Notes under the pieces: model-generated | Seen by the model: only the letters and a program-made list of their open reading frames with translations | Databases searched by the model: none | What the model was told of the DNA's origin: nothing | Program-made: the position numbers and the translations under genes | Part shown: positions 60,089 through 64,000 of the stretch, in pieces | Layout: each line of letters starts with the position of its first letter | How positions within the stretch are numbered: the first letter of the stretch is position 1 | Assembly: GCA_035221665.1 (NCBI GenBank) | Contig: CM069165.1 | Location: forward strand, 23,312,001-23,376,000 | From: Okamejei kenojei | Taxonomy: Eukaryota | DNA: 64,000 nt | Direction of reading: 5' to 3'

Positions 60089-62147
60089 TCCCACACCAGT
60101 CCCACACCAATCAGTCTGAAGAAGAGTCCTGATCCGAAACATCACCTATTCATTTTCTCCAGAGATGCTGCCTAACCTGCTGAGTTACTCCAGCATTTTA
60201 TGTCTATCTTTGGTATATACCATCATCTGCAGTTCCTTTTTATTAAATCTGGGAATATTTGAGTACAACCTAATGGAAGTTGTAGAGCAAATTAAGAAAT
60301 AAATATTTGTTTTTAATGTCTGAAATGGGCTTTATAAAGAGACTTAAAATATAGGAGCAAGAACGTTGTGATGAAACTTTTTGATAAAATACTATTCCTA
60401 GCATAATTGGAGCGCAACAATCAACTTTGTTCAATATATTACGAGCCTAAGAAATGCAAGAGATTTACTATAATGATTCTAGGACTGGTGGTCTGAACCA
60501 ACATGGGTAGACTGGAGAAGCAAGTTGTTTCTCTTTGGAAAGGAAGAGGTCCAGAGGAGATCTGGATGCAGTTATTTAAAATCATGAAAACCCTTGAAGG
60601 GAGGGAAATTGCTTCCACTGCTGATGGAGCCAAGAGCCAGAGGGCATGGAATGGTAATTGACAAAAAAAAAAGATTATATGATGCAGAATTGTTTACACC
60701 AAAGATCATAGAGCGGAGATGATCTCTGGTTTACAGTGAGTATGTTTACACAGTGGAATGCAAGCTGGTAGCGAAGACAGATTTAATCATGGCTATCGAA
60801 TGGGAATTTGATAAGTACTTAAAAGGAAAAGAAATCAAATATATAGTGAAATAGTAGGAAAATGGGGCTAGCTAGATTATTTGCAGTGAGCTGGCACAGA
60901 CGTCATGGGCTGCGGGCCTACTTCTGTTGTGTGACTTTGCTGTGATTCTGATTCTGAAGTTCTGCTGTCAGAATCCTAAAGCTCCCTACCCAACATCTCT
61001 GTGGGAAGAACTGCACTGATCCAAGAGAGAGTTAGATATAGCTCTAAAGGGTAACAGAATCAAGGGATCTGGGGAGAAAGCCGGAACTGGCTACTGATTT
61101 TGGATAATCAGCTATAATCATATTGAATGGTGGTGCTGGCTCAAAGGGCAGAAAGGCCTACTCCTACACCTATTTTCTATGTTTTCTATGTTCTATGTCT
61201 ATGTTATTCAGTAATGTGGTTCATCACCATCATTTTGGAGTAATTAGGTTTGGGGAGTAATTGGCTGGCCTTGTGAGGTATCTCCTCCTATCATTATAAA
61301 GGCAATGCCTGATTATAATTTCATAAGTTAGAGGAGCAGAATTAGGCCAATTGGCCCATGTTTACCATTCAATCATGGCTGATCTATCTTTTCCTCTCAA
61401 CCCCATTCTCCTGACTTCTCCCCATGCCTCTGACACCCGTGTTAATCAAGAATCTAAATTTCTGGTTTAAAAATATCCATTGACTTGGCCTCCGGAGCTG
61501 TCTATGGTAATGAATTCCACAGATTCACCACCCTCTGACGAAAGAAATTCCCCCTCATCTCCTTTCTAAAAGAATGTTATTTTATTCTGAGGCTGTGGCC
61601 TCTGGTCTAAGACTCTCTAGACATTATAATGGAAACAAACATGGTGGAATGATTTGTCAAGTTGGTGGATTTTGTCTACCATCTACGATTGCTTTACCAA
61701 GAGGCTTTGTCTAATACCACAGGAAGGGGATAAGAAATGACAGTTGGTGTATAGTTTGACTCGAAATATCGCAAAGCTGATCATATTCGATAATAATTTA
61801 CTCATGTTACAACAAGCCAACAACAAGTTTTAACGTGTATTTCAAAATTGGAAAGCTTTAAATATACTCTCTTGATAATTCCTCTAGATTTTCAGTTAAG
61901 CTGCTTTGATGTTTCCTTTTCCCATATTTTCAAGATGAGAATGCCAAGTTTCTCAAATCTCTACTGGTCCTTTTTAGATATGTGATCCATTCTCTAGCCA
62001 AGCAAAAGTTTTTTCTCATGGCCAGGACTTCACACAATACTTGATGTACAAGAGACCAGTTCGTGTCCTGCCTCCAGGCCTAAAATATACTGATATCTAT
62101 TTGATATCTGATGTCCACTACAAACGGACCGACTCCCACAGCTCCAT

Positions 62148-62181
62148 AGTCTGAAGAAGGGTCTCGACCCGAAACGTCGCC
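62148..62181 (+). ncRNA. Minimal type I hammerhead ribozyme motif, copy 1
   Basis: CUGAAGA-A-GGGUC UC GACCC-GAAAC-GUC: conserved core, GC-rich stem II, palindromic ACGU in place of stem III, GUC cleavage triplet. Confidence 0.7.
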
Positions 62182-62392
62182 CATCTCCTTCGCTCCTTAG
62201 ATGCTGCTGCACCCGCTGAGTTTCTCCAGCTTTTTGTGTAACCCTCGATTCTCCAGCATCTGCAGTTTCTTCGTTAACAGCTTACAATGGCTTGTTCCCT
62301 TTATCATTGATACTTTTTTGCATATCTTTCATTCATTGTTCTTTATCTTTCCACATCACCGTCTATATCTCTCGTTTCCCTGATCCTTGAAC

Positions 62393-62426
62393 AGTCTGAA
62401 GAAGGGTCTCGACCCGAAACGTCACC
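62393..62426 (+). ncRNA. Minimal type I hammerhead ribozyme motif, copy 2
   Basis: Identical core CUGAAGAAGGGUCUCGACCCGAAACGUC, 245 nt downstream of copy 1. Confidence 0.7.
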
Positions 62427-63298
62427 TATCTCCTTCGCTCCTTAGATGCTGCTGCACCCTCTGAGTTTCTCCAGCCTTTTGTGTACCTCTGATATCTATT
62501 TCAACCAGGTTCAGTTTTATCAAGTTAAAGGAATATTTAAAGGTTTTACTTGGTTGTGCTTAACCCTAGGGTAAAGGATGTGCAGAAATTGAGGCACAGG
62601 CTCTCCTTCTGGGGACTTCCAGGAAGCTCATAAAGACTGTAGAGAATGGTTGCTCCCTGTGTTCAAGGGAATTGGATAGGAAGTACTTAAGGAGAAATTA
62701 TAAAGGGTTTGGAACAACGGAAAAGAAAATAACAAGTTTGCCGTTGGGCACTATCTGCCTGAAAACCCGATTCTTGGCAGATAGGGTTCAACTCTGCATG
62801 TTAGTGCACCGCAGATCACAGGTTTGTTTTGATTACATTCACTCTTTGCCTTAAGGTGGCAAGATAAACACACTGCCTAGCGGCTTCAGTTGCCTGAGGC
62901 TATGTTACAAAGAGTCTACAGTATAGAAATGGATCAACCATCTTCAGCTCATTCCTTTAATGTGATCCTTTAAACAGTTTGCCTTCATGCTCTTGTGACT
63001 TCCTCTTAATTGTATCCATTGAATATAAATTTCAGCCACACTCTGAGATACCATGTGTACCTGTTTCTAACCGCTCTTTAGGCTCCCAAGCTATTTGACA
63101 TTGATAGTCTGATGGGCTGAAAGGATTGGGGAGAAATCACAACTCCCAGTATAAGTTGTCCTCGTATCTCCAGAGGGCAGGGTGTTTTAAAGCAGTTCAA
63201 AGCATGGCCAGGAAACAGACCACTAGAGAAGGATAATAGACAAGAGTATAAAAGACTGGAAGCCAGGGAGAGTTAAATTAAAGATAGAAGAGATCTTG

Positions 63299-63586
63299 GT
63301 GGGTGGCGCAGCAGTAGCCTTTACTGCTGTACAGCCCCAGAGGTACGGGTGTGTTCCTGATTATGGGTGCTGTACGGACTTTGCTCGTACTCACTGTGAC
63401 CACGTGGGTTTTCTCCAGGTGCTCCAATATACTCTCACATTCCAAAGACATACAAGTTTGTAGGTTAATTGGTTTCTGTAAATTCTCCCTAGTGTGTAGG
63501 ATAGAACTAGTGTACGGTGAGGTCAGTGTGGCCTCGGTGGGCTGAAGCTGAAGGGCTTCTTTCAATGTTGTATCTAAATCTAAAAC
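63299..63586 (+). mobile_element. HE1-like V-SINE (more degenerate copies near 700, 5500, 24730, 30130 and 44270)
   Basis: Direct match to 7070-7380. Confidence 0.75.
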
Positions 63587-64000
63587 TGGGAGAGAACAAG
63601 TGGAAATGGGTCTGATCTGACTTCCAAGCTATCGTATTAACAACAATGTTGACAGTGCATATCTCCCTCTTTAATTCCAAATGCATTAAGATAATTTTTT
63701 GGCTTATTGCTGAAGTTGATCTTGAATGAATTAAATGTTGTATTTAATTCATTTAAGATCAACTTTCATTGTGCCAATTTTTTTATTTTTGCAAAGAGTT
63801 TTCATCCTTCATCTCAGAAAGACCCTTTTATTGTGTTATGCAGCTTTGCTGAGATGAATTGTATCAAAAATGGGCATGTATCGAGCCTTTTGGCAAGAAT
63901 ACTGTTAAAATAAATGATAGAGGCTGGAATGATTGAAAGTGAGATGAGGTGCCACAAGATTCTGTACCTGCTGTGATGACAGAGTGTGTCTTTGTGGAAG

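Larger units (their letters stand above)
62103..62488 (+). mobile_element. Penelope-like non-autonomous element with two tandem hammerhead ribozymes
   Basis: 13-bp TSD CTGATATCTATTT at 62090-62102 and 62489-62501; about 95-bp direct repeats; 5' remnant translates as SDVHYKRTDSHS, resembling the Penelope RT motif YKPTDSH. Confidence 0.82.

Overview
Vertebrate genomic DNA. The repeat families (HE1-type V-SINEs, CR1/HER1 tails, Penelope-type repeats) point to a cartilaginous fish, probably a skate or ray (inference). The + strand carries exons 2-20 of the RET receptor tyrosine kinase (6312-39034). All splice junctions are GT-AG, phases match human RET, and both the RET9 and RET51 tails are present; exon 1 lies upstream of the window. 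A CpG-island promoter with a first exon at about 57.6-57.9 kb is probably CSGALNACT2, by synteny only. Introns and intergenic DNA hold many transposons: Rex1/Babar, CR1, L2, Tx1, RTE, Tigger, hAT and Harbinger MITEs. The most unusual content is two classes of self-cleaving ribozyme carried by small retroelements. (1) A 139-bp insertion with an 11-bp target-site duplication (TSD) in RET intron 6 begins exactly with a complete 54-nt HDV/CPEB3-like ribozyme. (2) An abundant Penelope-derived short element carries hammerhead cores, including a TSD-flanked copy with two intact tandem hammerheads 245 nt apart, resembling a retrozyme. A second, stronger-looking acceptor before RET exon 20 predicts an unannotated short C-terminal isoform. 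All calls were made by eye, with no searches run; comparisons to human RET and repeat consensus sequences are from memory, and repeat boundaries without a TSD are approximate.
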